From positions 15,449-79,448 of the forward strand of contig JBAZKL010000001.1 in NCBI GenBank assembly GCA_041650835.1: DNA of 64,000 bases, given 5' to 3'. Positions within the stretch are counted from its first letter, which is position 1. Each line of letters starts with the position of its first letter. The notes beneath the pieces were generated by a model, which was given only the letters and a program-made list of their open reading frames with translations, was not told the DNA's origin and did no database searches. This document shows, one piece after another, positions 25,761 through 35,864 of the stretch. The translations under genes were made by a program, and so were the position numbers. The stretch comes from Candidatus Omnitrophota bacterium (GTDB lineage: Bacteria; Omnitrophota; Gorgyraeia; Gygaellales; Profunditerraquicolaceae).

Positions 25761-28700
25761 TTATGTAGCTAATTTAGAATCAACAAGCACCAACGCTTCT
25801 TTTATTTCCACCGGCAACTCATCGCACGGCTCATTAGCTTCCTGCCACTGGCAGATCTCCACTAATGCTACCACTAAATCATTCAAATAAGTATTAACCT
25901 CTCCTTTTTGCATACACGCGGCCATAAACTCTTTGATCCGCTGGCCGGAAACCACGATACCGCTGTCAGCCATATTCTTGATCTGCATCATTTCATCAGC
26001 AAGATTCATCTTATCCAAAGCCTCCCGGCTTAATACCGGAAGGGCAAAATTCAAACCGTTAAAACTACCCATAGGCTTAATTACCAGCGTCCTGTCAATG
26101 CCGGCGGCAAAATCGATACCACCTTTTTTCCCCGGCGCCTGATCAGGCTTTGCCATAGGCGAGGCGGAAGTTGGCCCTTGATCTATTTGTTCAATCACTG
26201 CACCGTCAGTTCTTGCTTCAGCCTCAAACTGCTCAAGAGACGCCTGCGGGTCAACTCTAAGAAGATCTAACACCTTCCGGCGTTGTTCTTCAGGCAAACG
26301 GCCTAAGAGCGGATACAAAACATTAAACTGTTTATCCGCCATCTGCTTTAACTCATTCTGCAATAGGTCTTTAGCTGCCTGGACCAGATCAGCATCATTG
26401 ATCTTTTGCGCGACTGCCGCGACATAGACATCAATATCTTGAATGCTGGTTTGAGGAACAAGCGCGATTTCTCCACGTATCGCCGCGCGCACCTTACGGG
26501 CCTGCTCCTGAAGAAGGCTTTTTTGCAGTATTACTTGCTTTTCTTCTGCGGAAAGGGCCGGGTTTACCGCGTTCTGATATGCCGTTTCCGCGTTTTTAAG
26601 AAGCTCTTCTTTCTTAGCATCAGGCAAAACTGAATTTGCGATCAAGCCGTCGATCAAGGCTTTGCTCTGCTCAACATCATCGTTTGCCCTACCGCTGCCG
26701 GGAGCATAGCTTAACAATTCATTGAGCCAATCATTGATCTCATTAACTTCCCGCATAGCCCTTATTTGGCGCAGAGCATCCTTAATAACGGTTTTTTCCG
26801 CTGCAGTCAGTGACTCTCCATCTTCGCCGTCTAAAGCTTCCAACGCCAGATCATAGGCAGCCAATATATCTTCCGGCCGCGAAGAGCTGGACATTTCCTG
26901 AGCGAGATCTTTTATTACCTCAGGAGTATTTTCCGGAATAGCGACGTCTCTTAAACCTGTTTCTGTCGCAGGTAAGTTAGACTGAGCAATTCTTGCTTCT
27001 TGCGCTGCGGCTTTTGCCGCCTGTCGCGCTTTAGCTTGTTCAATCGCCGCGAGCGTTGCCGCGCGAATGACCTCCTCTATAGCAGGCCTGCTGGCGATCG
27101 CAGGCCCCTTGTTCCCATGCAAGAGCTGTAAAGCATTCGTCTGCGCCTGCAATATCTGCTCTTGCGTCCTATTCCTGGTAAACATATTATTAACAATTCT
27201 TTTGATCTCTTTATTCGCTTTAAGTTTATTTAATTCCTTCATCCAATTCCGGGGAGTTGAAATTTTTGCGGCATTTTCTTCATCAGCACCCGGCAATTCA
27301 GCCTTGCGCTTCTGGGCGGCCTCATCAATTGCTTTCAATATCGCATCCGCGGCCTCTTGCGTCAACAACCCATCCGCAACATCCCTTTTTAACAACGCTT
27401 CCGCTGAATCCCTGATCTTTGTTACATCCTCAACTGTCCGGGCTTCATTAATTCCTTCTATCATTGTTAAAGCAAGCGCAGGTAATCCTTCTTCCATTAA
27501 CATAGCCTTACGATTCTCTGCAGCCTCATCAATTGCTTTCAATATCGCATCAGCCGCCTCTTGCGTCAGCAACCCGTCAGCCACGTCCCTTTTCAGTAAC
27601 GTTGCCGCGGAATCCCTGATCCTCGCCACATCCTCAATTGTCGGGGCTTCATTAATTCCCTGGATCATCGTTTGCGCAAGAGAAGGTAATCCTTTCTGGA
27701 TGGCCCCCCCCTCATTTTCTTCCTGCTTTTTTTCCTGGTTCCACAATCCAAGGCCTCTCCAAAAATCGGAAACAACGGCAATACCTGCCCGGAGTATAGC
27801 TTTAAAAGGATTGACCGTTACCGTATTATTAGTTACATCACTTACCGTACGCACCGCCTGATAGAAAACTTCTCTCAAAAGCCCTGTCTTCTCACCCGCC
27901 AAAGCCCAAACGCTTGAGCCGCGCCTGGCATGTAAATAAGAGAAAAGCGCGTTGCTCCTGTTCTTAGCCGCTCCTAAACGGGGATCGTTAAGCAAAAGGT
28001 CCAATATCTTTTCGACCTTTTGCGTTTGAGTCAAGCCGTGGTCACGATAAATTCCCAAAACATCCTGCAAAATAAGATTAAAGGTCCTGCCATCAACATT
28101 CAGGTACCCTTTATAGTGCCTGGTAAAATAATTCATGAAGCGCGCCAAAGCCTGCGGATCAGCGGGATTAGTTAAACGCTCTCCAAATATTGATATCAAA
28201 TTCCGCTTTACCGCGGCAGTATTCCATATCGCCTCAAGCAACGACTTTTCCAAATCATTGGTCACGCCATTGACCTTCCTGATGTTATGGGTCAAACAAT
28301 ACTCCCTTACGATATGCCAAACGGTAGGCGGCTTGATCGAGATATTTCCTGTTTGCGCTTCAAAATAAGCCTTAAACTCTGATGCTCGAGCAGGCCCGAG
28401 TAAACGCAGGAGCTCGTCTTTAAATCCCTGGTCCTGCCACAATGCCGCGATAAACTGGTCCTGCCAGCCGCTTACGTTTATTTGGGAAAGCGTGACATCT
28501 CCTATGTATTGCTTCAGCGCGTCGGCTACCGCGTGGTTTGACATGCGGGAAACATCGACTAACTCGACTAATTTTGCCAAATCCATCCCTCCGGCATTAC
28601 CGGAGAAAACATAAGCGACCGTTTCCTGGGTTTGCGCCGCGCTTATTCCCTTACTGGTCAAAAACTGCTCCAATAAGACCTTATTATTCAACGCGGTATA

Positions 28701-31700
28701 ATGCTGCCCCAGCAAAGTGCCAAGGTCAGCGGTTGCGGCCTTAAACTCCAGTTGCGCGAAAGTCGTATCTTCCAAAAATTTCCGAAAAGCATTGGCGATC
28801 CTGACATCAGGACTGTTAATGAATTCCGCTAATTTGCTGGTATTGAGCGTTCCCGGAGTAGGGGCCAATTGGCTGATAAGATTACTTGCGTCAGTTACGC
28901 CGGCATCGCTTAAGGCTCTCGCCAATGTCCCCGAACTGATCTTAGCAAGTATATTCGCCTTTTGCGTTGCCAGAAAATTAAGCAAAGTATCCGTTGTAGA
29001 TGCTCCGGGAGCAGGCACAAACCATGAAAGGCCTGCCAAGAGCGTAGCAGGAATTAACTTCATCGCCAGAGGGATAATGATAAAGCTTGTCAAACCAAAT
29101 ACGATCCCTCCTACCGCTAAAGCAAATACCACCTTCGTCGCGATTTCTTTTGTTTTAACGGAATTATATGCCTTAGTATCTATTACGTCAGCGCGGGTTA
29201 TTTTAACTTGCGCGCGTGCCGCCGCGACCTCGTCGTTTGTCAGGGCAAGGTTTTGCATTACTTTACTAACCGAGCCCCAGAGTTCTTTCCTTAAAATCTC
29301 GTCACTCTTTGTCTCATGAGAAAATTTGAACAAAGTTATAGATTTCTTACTCTGCTGTTCCTGCTCCTGCAGCTCCTGATAATCCAGTATCCTGCCGATC
29401 AATGCCAAAGCCTTACCTTTATCAGTGCCGACAGCCTGTAATTCTTCAATAGTCCTGGCAACATCCAGCTTCCTGGCTAAGGTCGGCTCTAACTTATTAT
29501 CCAAGTACGTGCGCCCTTGTGTTGACCGCCCCAGAAGCCCCATATTATCGCGCAGCTCAGCCTGGATCTTACTTTGATTAACTTCAGTATTAGCGCGCAG
29601 CGCCGTAATGATCAATCCTGCCGCGATCGCCGGAACAGCAACAGGCCAACCTGCTAACCCGAGGCTGACGATTTTAACTATACCGAATATGACTGCCCCG
29701 TAACCTACCATGCTTATGCCGGAGCTGATAATGAACGGAGAGGTCAGCGGCCCGAGGATACGGCTGCGCTGCATTGCGGTAATCACATTATTCCACCAAC
29801 CCGCGATAGCGGGAGTTTTGATCGCGACATCCTCTCCTTCTGACAGATCCACGGAAAGCGCGATATCATTTGTCGTCAAAGCAGCAGTATCTCGATTGCT
29901 CCACTGGACTTTCATGGCGCGCGCCGCCTGCAAAAGATTAGACCCCAGTACGTCACGGTCTTTATTCTTGCCGAAAATATCAAGGAGCCGCTGCGTAAAA
30001 GTAAGATCATCAACCTTATTTTGTATGTACTCGACGAAAAGCTGTTTTATTTCTTCCAGTTGCGTCCCGGTAACCGCAGTTACCGTTGCGGCCTTGCCCG
30101 TTAATTGCCCATAGACATTTTCCTGTATAGTATCGGCAAAAGCAGCGAGCATATCGATAAACTGTTCAGGTGATTCCATATTCCTCAAAAGGCCTACGGC
30201 GACACTGCGGTCTCCCAGCATATTCTCTAATTCCGTGATCAAATCATTCAATTCTTTTCCGGCTGTGTCGCTATTCCAATTGTTGATTATGGATACTAAT
30301 CTTTTTTGATATTCGGCAGCAAATCTTTCCCTCAGGGGCGCCGCCCGAAACCGGGATAACGCCCTTTTCATGAGCTTTGACCAGAAACCGCCTGTCTGCA
30401 AATACGCGTTAAAACGTTCTTCCGCAAATGCTTGAGCGATACTTTTGACTTTGTGGATGCCATTGAGCACGGTAGCTTTTACGGTACTTCCTCCCGGGCC
30501 GTTATTACCATTATCATCTTCTGTCTTTTTAGCCGCTGCTAAAACCTCTTCGTTATGTTTTACAATAACCGGCTCATCGACACCTTTTTGCTTGCTTTCC
30601 ACCAATCCGCTCAAACCATCTCTGGTAGAAGGAGATAACGTAACCCCGAGATTGTCTTCTATCCTTTTTACCACTTCTGCGGCACCAGGCGCCGCTGACT
30701 TCATGAGAGATAAACCTTCAGTGACCTTTTGCTCTACCGGCTGCTCGACGATCTGAGATAATTTATCGACCAAATTCCCGATCTCATTCATCATACCTGT
30801 CGCTAATTCCGCGGGAGCTAATTCTCCTTCGGCAGGCTGATTCGTCGCGTCAATCAACAAGCCCTGTTTATGTATTTCGCTTAAGGTAACTTTGATCTTT
30901 TCTAAGGCTTCCTTTTTCTCTGCCTGGCTCACCCCTGGCTCCATAATTTGCTCAAGCATCTTCTTGATCTCTTGGAGAGGCTTACCGAAGGCTTCAGGAA
31001 AATTCTGAACTTCTTTTTTAGATAAATAACCGGCTATAATTTCCAGAATTTGTTTGACGGTAACGATAAAATCTTCTCCCGCTCGCGGGGCTTCTACGGC
31101 AGGCTGCATATAAGTAGGCATCGCGGCGATAGTGACGCCGGTTGCATCGTCAGTGACATTGACCACATCAAGGACGTCCCGCACCGCGTCATGCGCGAGC
31201 TTTTGCGCTGCTTCCGGAGGGACACCCTGCGTTTGGAGATCCTCGACTAAACCGTCGATCAGATCATAATAATTTATCGCTCCCCGGACAAAACAGAGCT
31301 GCAGCCAAAAAGCTTCCAATTGATCGCCAGGCGCCTGCGCGCGCATAATTCCATCCGCGGAATGGGGGTCCTTAAAAGGATGCTTCAAAAACCCGGTGTT
31401 TTCCGATGTTGAAAGGCTGGGGACCGCGTATTTTGCCGCGTAGCTGTTCTTGATCGCTTCTCTTACCTCCTGCCGCCATTGCTCGATGTTGAGCGCCGGC
31501 AAGATCTGCTGCTTTATGCCTGTTTCCTGCACTAAGCCATGAATTTGGATCTGCGGATTTATCATTTTCGTTACCACTGCCAGAAACGGAGGAAAAGTGC
31601 AATAACCGCTGTCCACGAACATTACTTTTTCTGCGCCTGCTATCCCGAGGGATTTCAACTCTCCCTGAATAAGTTCGATCTTATCCCTGAACTGTTTATC

Positions 31701-33503
31701 ATTGAGCATTTTGTCTTTAATAAACTGTTCGAACTTAAGATAGAACTCTTCGCGGGAGTCGGTCGTATTCGCTATTGACTTGATCGCGTCCCTGATCTCG
31801 CTGTAAAAATCCTTAAAGGTCGCGTTCCTGCCGCTGATATAATACAGGAAAGCGTCAACATCTCCCTCGATAATAAGATTTAAAGTATTATGCGCCGAGG
31901 CAAGTAACCCCGAATCACGGGGGATCCCGACGACCCTAAAGTCGCCATTCTGATAAAAAAACATCTCTTCGCCGTTCCAGGCCGCCATGGCTGATGCGTA
32001 ATGCTGCTGACTGGAGCCGTTAACGATCCTGTTGACCAATTCAGTCACCTGGTTCTCAACGTGCGCTTTTTGCTGAGGGTGTTTGGCGATCAAAATATCC
32101 GCGAGTTCCCTGACCGCTTTCATATGGATATCATTCAATAACCGTTCCCTTTCCGCTAAACTCATACTCCCGTCTTTTACTTTTTCCCTCAAGGCGACCA
32201 TTTCCTTGGCATATCCGGATATGACCTGCCAATAGACCTTCTGCAATTCCTCCTGGGTAATAACCTCATCCTCTTGTTTTATGATTTCCGGCAATTCTAT
32301 CGGGCTTCCCGCTGTTCTTGCGGGTTGAGGATCATCTGCTGCCGGCGGAATTGAGCCGCGCACTTCGTCACCGGGAGTTATTACCGCGGGGCCATTCCCG
32401 CCCATCCACTCCATGGGTACCGTATTCGGAAGATCAACGCGTAAAGGACTGGCTCCCTGAAGCCCGTTTATCGGGACATTTTTCGTGACATCGATGCCTC
32501 CGCTGAAATAGCTGCGGATGACCTGGCCGGTGGGAGTATAAACTGGCTCTTTAATATTATATTCGCCTTCAGAAAAAGATTTTTTGTAGGCATCAAAATA
32601 AGTATTCTTACTCCAACTATCTTTGGAAGTCAAATTACTCAAGTCTTTTTTATCGATTCGCGCGGCATAATTTGAATTCTGGCCGGCAAAGCGGATCTTG
32701 AACCAGCGCGATAACACAAGCGAATAATACACCTGGCGTAACGCGGCGTAGCGCTTGGAAGCATTAACCTCTTTGGTCAATTTCGGGATAATGATCTGAC
32801 GGATAAGCTCTGAGGAATATTCATTCAATACCTTCGCGCGCTCATCCTTAAAATTATACTGCGCGGAATCCTTTAAATAATCCTGCTCCAGCATGACCTT
32901 GAGCGTAGCCTTATAAATATAGGCGCTGTCTTGGGCTTCACGGACAATGATCTCATTCGGAACGATCCAGGGACGGGTCAGGGTAGGAATATTGACATTC
33001 TCCATCCCATAGATCTCAGCGGCTTTCTTATACAATTTATCCCAATACTGCTTACCTTCCTGCGTCTGGGGAGAGGTAAACAGAGCGGTATCTTTCTTAA
33101 GCTGCAGGTCAGCTTCAAGCATGATCTTGCCGACATCGGTATTCTCAAGGTCTTTATCTATGATCTGGTCGGAGGCGTCAGGACGCAAATTGACCCAGAA
33201 AGTGCTGTTCGGAAGGCTTAAGCCTGTCAAAAAATAATCTAAAAGGACTTTAGTCGTATCTTGAAGCTGCCTGCCGGCGGCATCTTTACTATCCCCCTTG
33301 TCTAAAAGGACCCGGATATTGTCGTTTTGCGCGTCATAAGAGAAATACCGCAAGTGCATCGGCCGGTATTTATCGATTACAAGATTAGAATTCATCTTGT
33401 TCAAATAACCGCCGAAATTAAGTTCCGCGGCGACCTGCGCAAAGCCTAATTGCTGAAACAATAAACTAATACTTATAACTAATGACAGAATTCGACGGGC
33501 CAT
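25761..33503 (-). CDS. giant (2,580 aa) secreted/membrane-anchored alpha-helical protein of unknown function
   Basis: Single uninterrupted ORF. N-terminal signal peptide MARRILSLVISISLLFQQLGFAQVAA. Two hydrophobic hairpins mid-protein (FIISSGISMVGYGAVIFGIVKIVSLGLAGWPVAVPAIAAGLIITAL and VVFALAVGGIVFGLTSFIIIPLAMKLIPATLLAGLSWFVPA). Tandem 68-aa repeats. No catalytic motifs recognised. Confidence 0.75.
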   Translation of the reverse strand: MARRILSLVISISLLFQQLGFAQVAAELNFGGYLNKMNSNLVIDKYRPMHLRYFSYDAQNDNIRVLLDKGDSKDAAGRQLQDTTKVLLDYFLTGLSLPNSTFWVNLRPDASDQIIDKDLENTDVGKIMLEADLQLKKDTALFTSPQTQEGKQYWDKLYKKAAEIYGMENVNIPTLTRPWIVPNEIIVREAQDSAYIYKATLKVMLEQDYLKDSAQYNFKDERAKVLNEYSSELIRQIIIPKLTKEVNASKRYAALRQVYYSLVLSRWFKIRFAGQNSNYAARIDKKDLSNLTSKDSWSKNTYFDAYKKSFSEGEYNIKEPVYTPTGQVIRSYFSGGIDVTKNVPINGLQGASPLRVDLPNTVPMEWMGGNGPAVITPGDEVRGSIPPAADDPQPARTAGSPIELPEIIKQEDEVITQEELQKVYWQVISGYAKEMVALREKVKDGSMSLAERERLLNDIHMKAVRELADILIAKHPQQKAHVENQVTELVNRIVNGSSQQHYASAMAAWNGEEMFFYQNGDFRVVGIPRDSGLLASAHNTLNLIIEGDVDAFLYYISGRNATFKDFYSEIRDAIKSIANTTDSREEFYLKFEQFIKDKMLNDKQFRDKIELIQGELKSLGIAGAEKVMFVDSGYCTFPPFLAVVTKMINPQIQIHGLVQETGIKQQILPALNIEQWRQEVREAIKNSYAAKYAVPSLSTSENTGFLKHPFKDPHSADGIMRAQAPGDQLEAFWLQLCFVRGAINYYDLIDGLVEDLQTQGVPPEAAQKLAHDAVRDVLDVVNVTDDATGVTIAAMPTYMQPAVEAPRAGEDFIVTVKQILEIIAGYLSKKEVQNFPEAFGKPLQEIKKMLEQIMEPGVSQAEKKEALEKIKVTLSEIHKQGLLIDATNQPAEGELAPAELATGMMNEIGNLVDKLSQIVEQPVEQKVTEGLSLMKSAAPGAAEVVKRIEDNLGVTLSPSTRDGLSGLVESKQKGVDEPVIVKHNEEVLAAAKKTEDDNGNNGPGGSTVKATVLNGIHKVKSIAQAFAEERFNAYLQTGGFWSKLMKRALSRFRAAPLRERFAAEYQKRLVSIINNWNSDTAGKELNDLITELENMLGDRSVAVGLLRNMESPEQFIDMLAAFADTIQENVYGQLTGKAATVTAVTGTQLEEIKQLFVEYIQNKVDDLTFTQRLLDIFGKNKDRDVLGSNLLQAARAMKVQWSNRDTAALTTNDIALSVDLSEGEDVAIKTPAIAGWWNNVITAMQRSRILGPLTSPFIISSGISMVGYGAVIFGIVKIVSLGLAGWPVAVPAIAAGLIITALRANTEVNQSKIQAELRDNMGLLGRSTQGRTYLDNKLEPTLARKLDVARTIEELQAVGTDKGKALALIGRILDYQELQEQEQQSKKSITLFKFSHETKSDEILRKELWGSVSKVMQNLALTNDEVAAARAQVKITRADVIDTKAYNSVKTKEIATKVVFALAVGGIVFGLTSFIIIPLAMKLIPATLLAGLSWFVPAPGASTTDTLLNFLATQKANILAKISSGTLARALSDAGVTDASNLISQLAPTPGTLNTSKLAEFINSPDVRIANAFRKFLEDTTFAQLEFKAATADLGTLLGQHYTALNNKVLLEQFLTSKGISAAQTQETVAYVFSGNAGGMDLAKLVELVDVSRMSNHAVADALKQYIGDVTLSQINVSGWQDQFIAALWQDQGFKDELLRLLGPARASEFKAYFEAQTGNISIKPPTVWHIVREYCLTHNIRKVNGVTNDLEKSLLEAIWNTAAVKRNLISIFGERLTNPADPQALARFMNYFTRHYKGYLNVDGRTFNLILQDVLGIYRDHGLTQTQKVEKILDLLLNDPRLGAAKNRSNALFSYLHARRGSSVWALAGEKTGLLREVFYQAVRTVSDVTNNTVTVNPFKAILRAGIAVVSDFWRGLGLWNQEKKQEENEGGAIQKGLPSLAQTMIQGINEAPTIEDVARIRDSAATLLKRDVADGLLTQEAADAILKAIDEAAENRKAMLMEEGLPALALTMIEGINEARTVEDVTKIRDSAEALLKRDVADGLLTQEAADAILKAIDEAAQKRKAELPGADEENAAKISTPRNWMKELNKLKANKEIKRIVNNMFTRNRTQEQILQAQTNALQLLHGNKGPAIASRPAIEEVIRAATLAAIEQAKARQAAKAAAQEARIAQSNLPATETGLRDVAIPENTPEVIKDLAQEMSSSSRPEDILAAYDLALEALDGEDGESLTAAEKTVIKDALRQIRAMREVNEINDWLNELLSYAPGSGRANDDVEQSKALIDGLIANSVLPDAKKEELLKNAETAYQNAVNPALSAEEKQVILQKSLLQEQARKVRAAIRGEIALVPQTSIQDIDVYVAAVAQKINDADLVQAAKDLLQNELKQMADKQFNVLYPLLGRLPEEQRRKVLDLLRVDPQASLEQFEAEARTDGAVIEQIDQGPTSASPMAKPDQAPGKKGGIDFAAGIDRTLVIKPMGSFNGLNFALPVLSREALDKMNLADEMMQIKNMADSGIVVSGQRIKEFMAACMQKGEVNTYLNDLVVALVEICQWQEANEPCDELPVEIKEALVLVDSKLAT
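27321..27728. repeat. Tandem 204-nt duplication inside giant gene (encodes 2 x 68-aa repeat)
   Basis: CCTCATCAATTGCTTTCAATATCGCATC... recurs at 27321 and 27525. Encoded repeats begin GLPSLAQTMIQGINEAPTIEDV... and GLPALALTMIEGINEARTVEDV... Confidence 0.8.
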
Positions 33504-33790
33504 GGTAAATCTCCTTTTATGGGATTTATAGTGAAATTCGATAAAAAAACAATGTATTACGATAAATATAACCTATAAACCGGCGCTTTTCAAGGCATTA
33601 CGGAAAACTTTTGAAAGCGTTTGCAAAAGATATGGCAGCCTTCAGACTTATGCAATAAAACCAACGCAGCACGAAAAATAAAAAAAGGACGTTTAAACGC
33701 CCCATTTAAATTATTCTAATGCTTTACAAGTATTTAATTATACCGGTTTTTCTTAAATATGGCAGGATACTATTCAGGGACAGCTACCGA

Positions 33791-33872
33791 TTAAGCTGGG
33801 GTGCTGCGCAGAAAGTGCGCACCCAGCATTCCTGTTAAGCTGGGGTGCTGCGCAGAAAGGGCGCAGCCAAAA
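33791..33872. repeat. REP-like palindromic units (2 tandem copies) of the same family as at 15.04-15.13 kb
   Basis: GCGCACCCAGCATTCCTGTTAAGCTGGGGTGCTGCGCAGAAAG x2 between giant gene start and macB stop. Confidence 0.7.
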
Positions 33873-33896
33873 CCCTTTACCTATATAGTAGCTCTT

Positions 33897-35864
33897 CTAT
33901 TCATACCGCAGCGCTTCGATAGGATCAAGCTGAGAAGCTTTTTGAGCCGGCCAGAGGCCGAAGACAACGCCAACGATCAAGGAAAAACCGGTAGCGAGGA
34001 TTATTGAAGCAGGGGCAACTCTTACCGCCCATCCGGCGAACATAGTTATTAAAACTGCTATACCGGTCCCGAATAAAACACCTGCCGCGCCGCCGATAAA
34101 CGACATTAAAACCGCTTCAATAAGGAACTGCACCAAAATATCCTTATTATTAGCGCCTATCGCCTTACGTAAACCTATCTCGCGGGTGCGTTCGGAGACG
34201 GAAACAAGCATAATGTTCATAATACCGATACCGCCGACTAAAAGCGAAATAGCGGCGATCGAGCCTAAGAGCAAAGACATTGTTTTGGTCGTCGCCTCAA
34301 GAGTATTCTTGATATCGGTCATATTACGGATCTGAAATGAATCTTCCGCGTCTTTGTCATTCAAGCGGTGTTGTTTTATAATTACGTCTGATATCGATCG
34401 TTGCGCGACATCTATTACATCAGGACTTTTTGCCTCCACATAAATAGTATCGACGTATTCTTTACCGAAGACCCGGAACATAGCTGTTGAGACCGGAATA
34501 AGCGCGTTATCATCCTGGTCGCGAAAGGTATTAGCGCCCTTACTCGGCAGCACGCCGATAACTTTGAAATTATTCAGGTTTATCTTTATCGTTTCCCCGA
34601 CAGGATTAGCATCGCCGAAAAGCTCTCCCACAACTGTCGGGCCTAATAATACAACCTTATCCCTGGAACGGACCTCCTCTTCCGTGAAAAACCTTCCCAC
34701 CTCAGGGAGCGAAGCCCGCATTACCGCGTAATCTACCCCCACCCCTTCGAGCTGCGTGCTCCAGTTCTTATTGCCGTATACCATCTGGCCCCTGCCTGTC
34801 ACTGAAGGGCTTACCCTGTTGACCAGATCGGAAAGTTTCTTAATAGCGGCAACATCCTGCAGCGTCAAGCGCGTCACCGCGCCGCTCTCTAAAGCCACAC
34901 CATGGATCCGGGAAGAGCCCGGCCTGACCACTAAAAGATTCGAGCCTAAAGATGCCAGCTGCTTCTCAATGGACTCTTTCGCACCCTCACCGATCGCCAG
35001 CATCGCGATCACCGCGGCCACACCGATCAGTATGCCCAGGATCGACAAAAATGACCTCATTTTATGGCTCACCATCGACCCTGCCGCCTGACGCAGGTAA
35101 TCAAAGAATTTTGTCCCCCGGGCGATCCTTTCAGGCTCGGACAAAACGGTATCAATGATCGAATCCATCCGGTTTTCAGATGATACCTTCGGTCCTGACG
35201 ACTGCTTATCAGAGATGATCCTGCCGTCACGCATCACAAGGATCCGCTTGGCGTGCGCGGCAACTTCATTCTCATGGGTGACCATGACAATGGTCTTGCC
35301 TTTACGGTTAAGCTCCTTAAGAATAGCGATAATTTCTTCTTTGCTTTTCGAATCGAGATTACCGGTAGGCTCATCCGCCATCAATATTAACGGATCATTC
35401 ACCAAAGAGCGGGCGATAGCTACGCGCTGCTGCTGGCCGCCGGAAAGCTCATTAGGGCGATGGGTTATCCTGTCGGTGAGCCCGACTTCAGATATCTTCT
35501 GGCGCGCCCTTTCCAAAAGAGAACGCTTCCCGGCATAAATTAAAGGCAGCGCCGCATTTTCCAAGGCCGTCATGCGGGGAAGAAGATGGAACTGTTGAAA
35601 TACAAAACCTACCAGGCGGTTTCGCACCGCGGATAATTCCTCATCGGTAAGTTTATTGACCACTCTCTTGCCCAAGGAATACTCCCCCCTGTCCGGGCGG
35701 TCAAGAAGCCCAAGCAAATGCATAAGCGTCGATTTCCCGGAACCGGAAGGCCCCATGATCGCCACGAACTCACCCGGGGAAATGGACACAGATACATCCT
35801 CCAAAGCCCGGACTTCGACTTTCCCCATTAGATAGGTCTTATACACGTGCTTTAATTCGATCAT
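33897..35864 (-). CDS. macB: MacB-type ABC transporter (fused ATPase + FtsX-like permease)
   Basis: N-terminal ABC ATPase (GPSGSGKST, LSGGQQQRVAIARSL, LMADEPTGNLD), C-terminal 4-TM permease with large periplasmic domain; 655 aa. Confidence 0.8.
   Translation of the reverse strand: MIELKHVYKTYLMGKVEVRALEDVSVSISPGEFVAIMGPSGSGKSTLMHLLGLLDRPDRGEYSLGKRVVNKLTDEELSAVRNRLVGFVFQQFHLLPRMTALENAALPLIYAGKRSLLERARQKISEVGLTDRITHRPNELSGGQQQRVAIARSLVNDPLILMADEPTGNLDSKSKEEIIAILKELNRKGKTIVMVTHENEVAAHAKRILVMRDGRIISDKQSSGPKVSSENRMDSIIDTVLSEPERIARGTKFFDYLRQAAGSMVSHKMRSFLSILGILIGVAAVIAMLAIGEGAKESIEKQLASLGSNLLVVRPGSSRIHGVALESGAVTRLTLQDVAAIKKLSDLVNRVSPSVTGRGQMVYGNKNWSTQLEGVGVDYAVMRASLPEVGRFFTEEEVRSRDKVVLLGPTVVGELFGDANPVGETIKINLNNFKVIGVLPSKGANTFRDQDDNALIPVSTAMFRVFGKEYVDTIYVEAKSPDVIDVAQRSISDVIIKQHRLNDKDAEDSFQIRNMTDIKNTLEATTKTMSLLLGSIAAISLLVGGIGIMNIMLVSVSERTREIGLRKAIGANNKDILVQFLIEAVLMSFIGGAAGVLFGTGIAVLITMFAGWAVRVAPASIILATGFSLIVGVVFGLWPAQKASQLDPIEALRYE

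Noticed and set aside
27067-27861. 264-aa plus-strand ORF (and other plus-strand ORFs 28717-29319, 29710-30114, 30445-30756) inside the giant gene
   Set aside because: Antisense to a continuous 7.7 kb minus-strand ORF with signal peptide. The 27067 ORF is kept open by the 204-nt tandem duplication. Low-complexity Ala/Ser translations, no SD.
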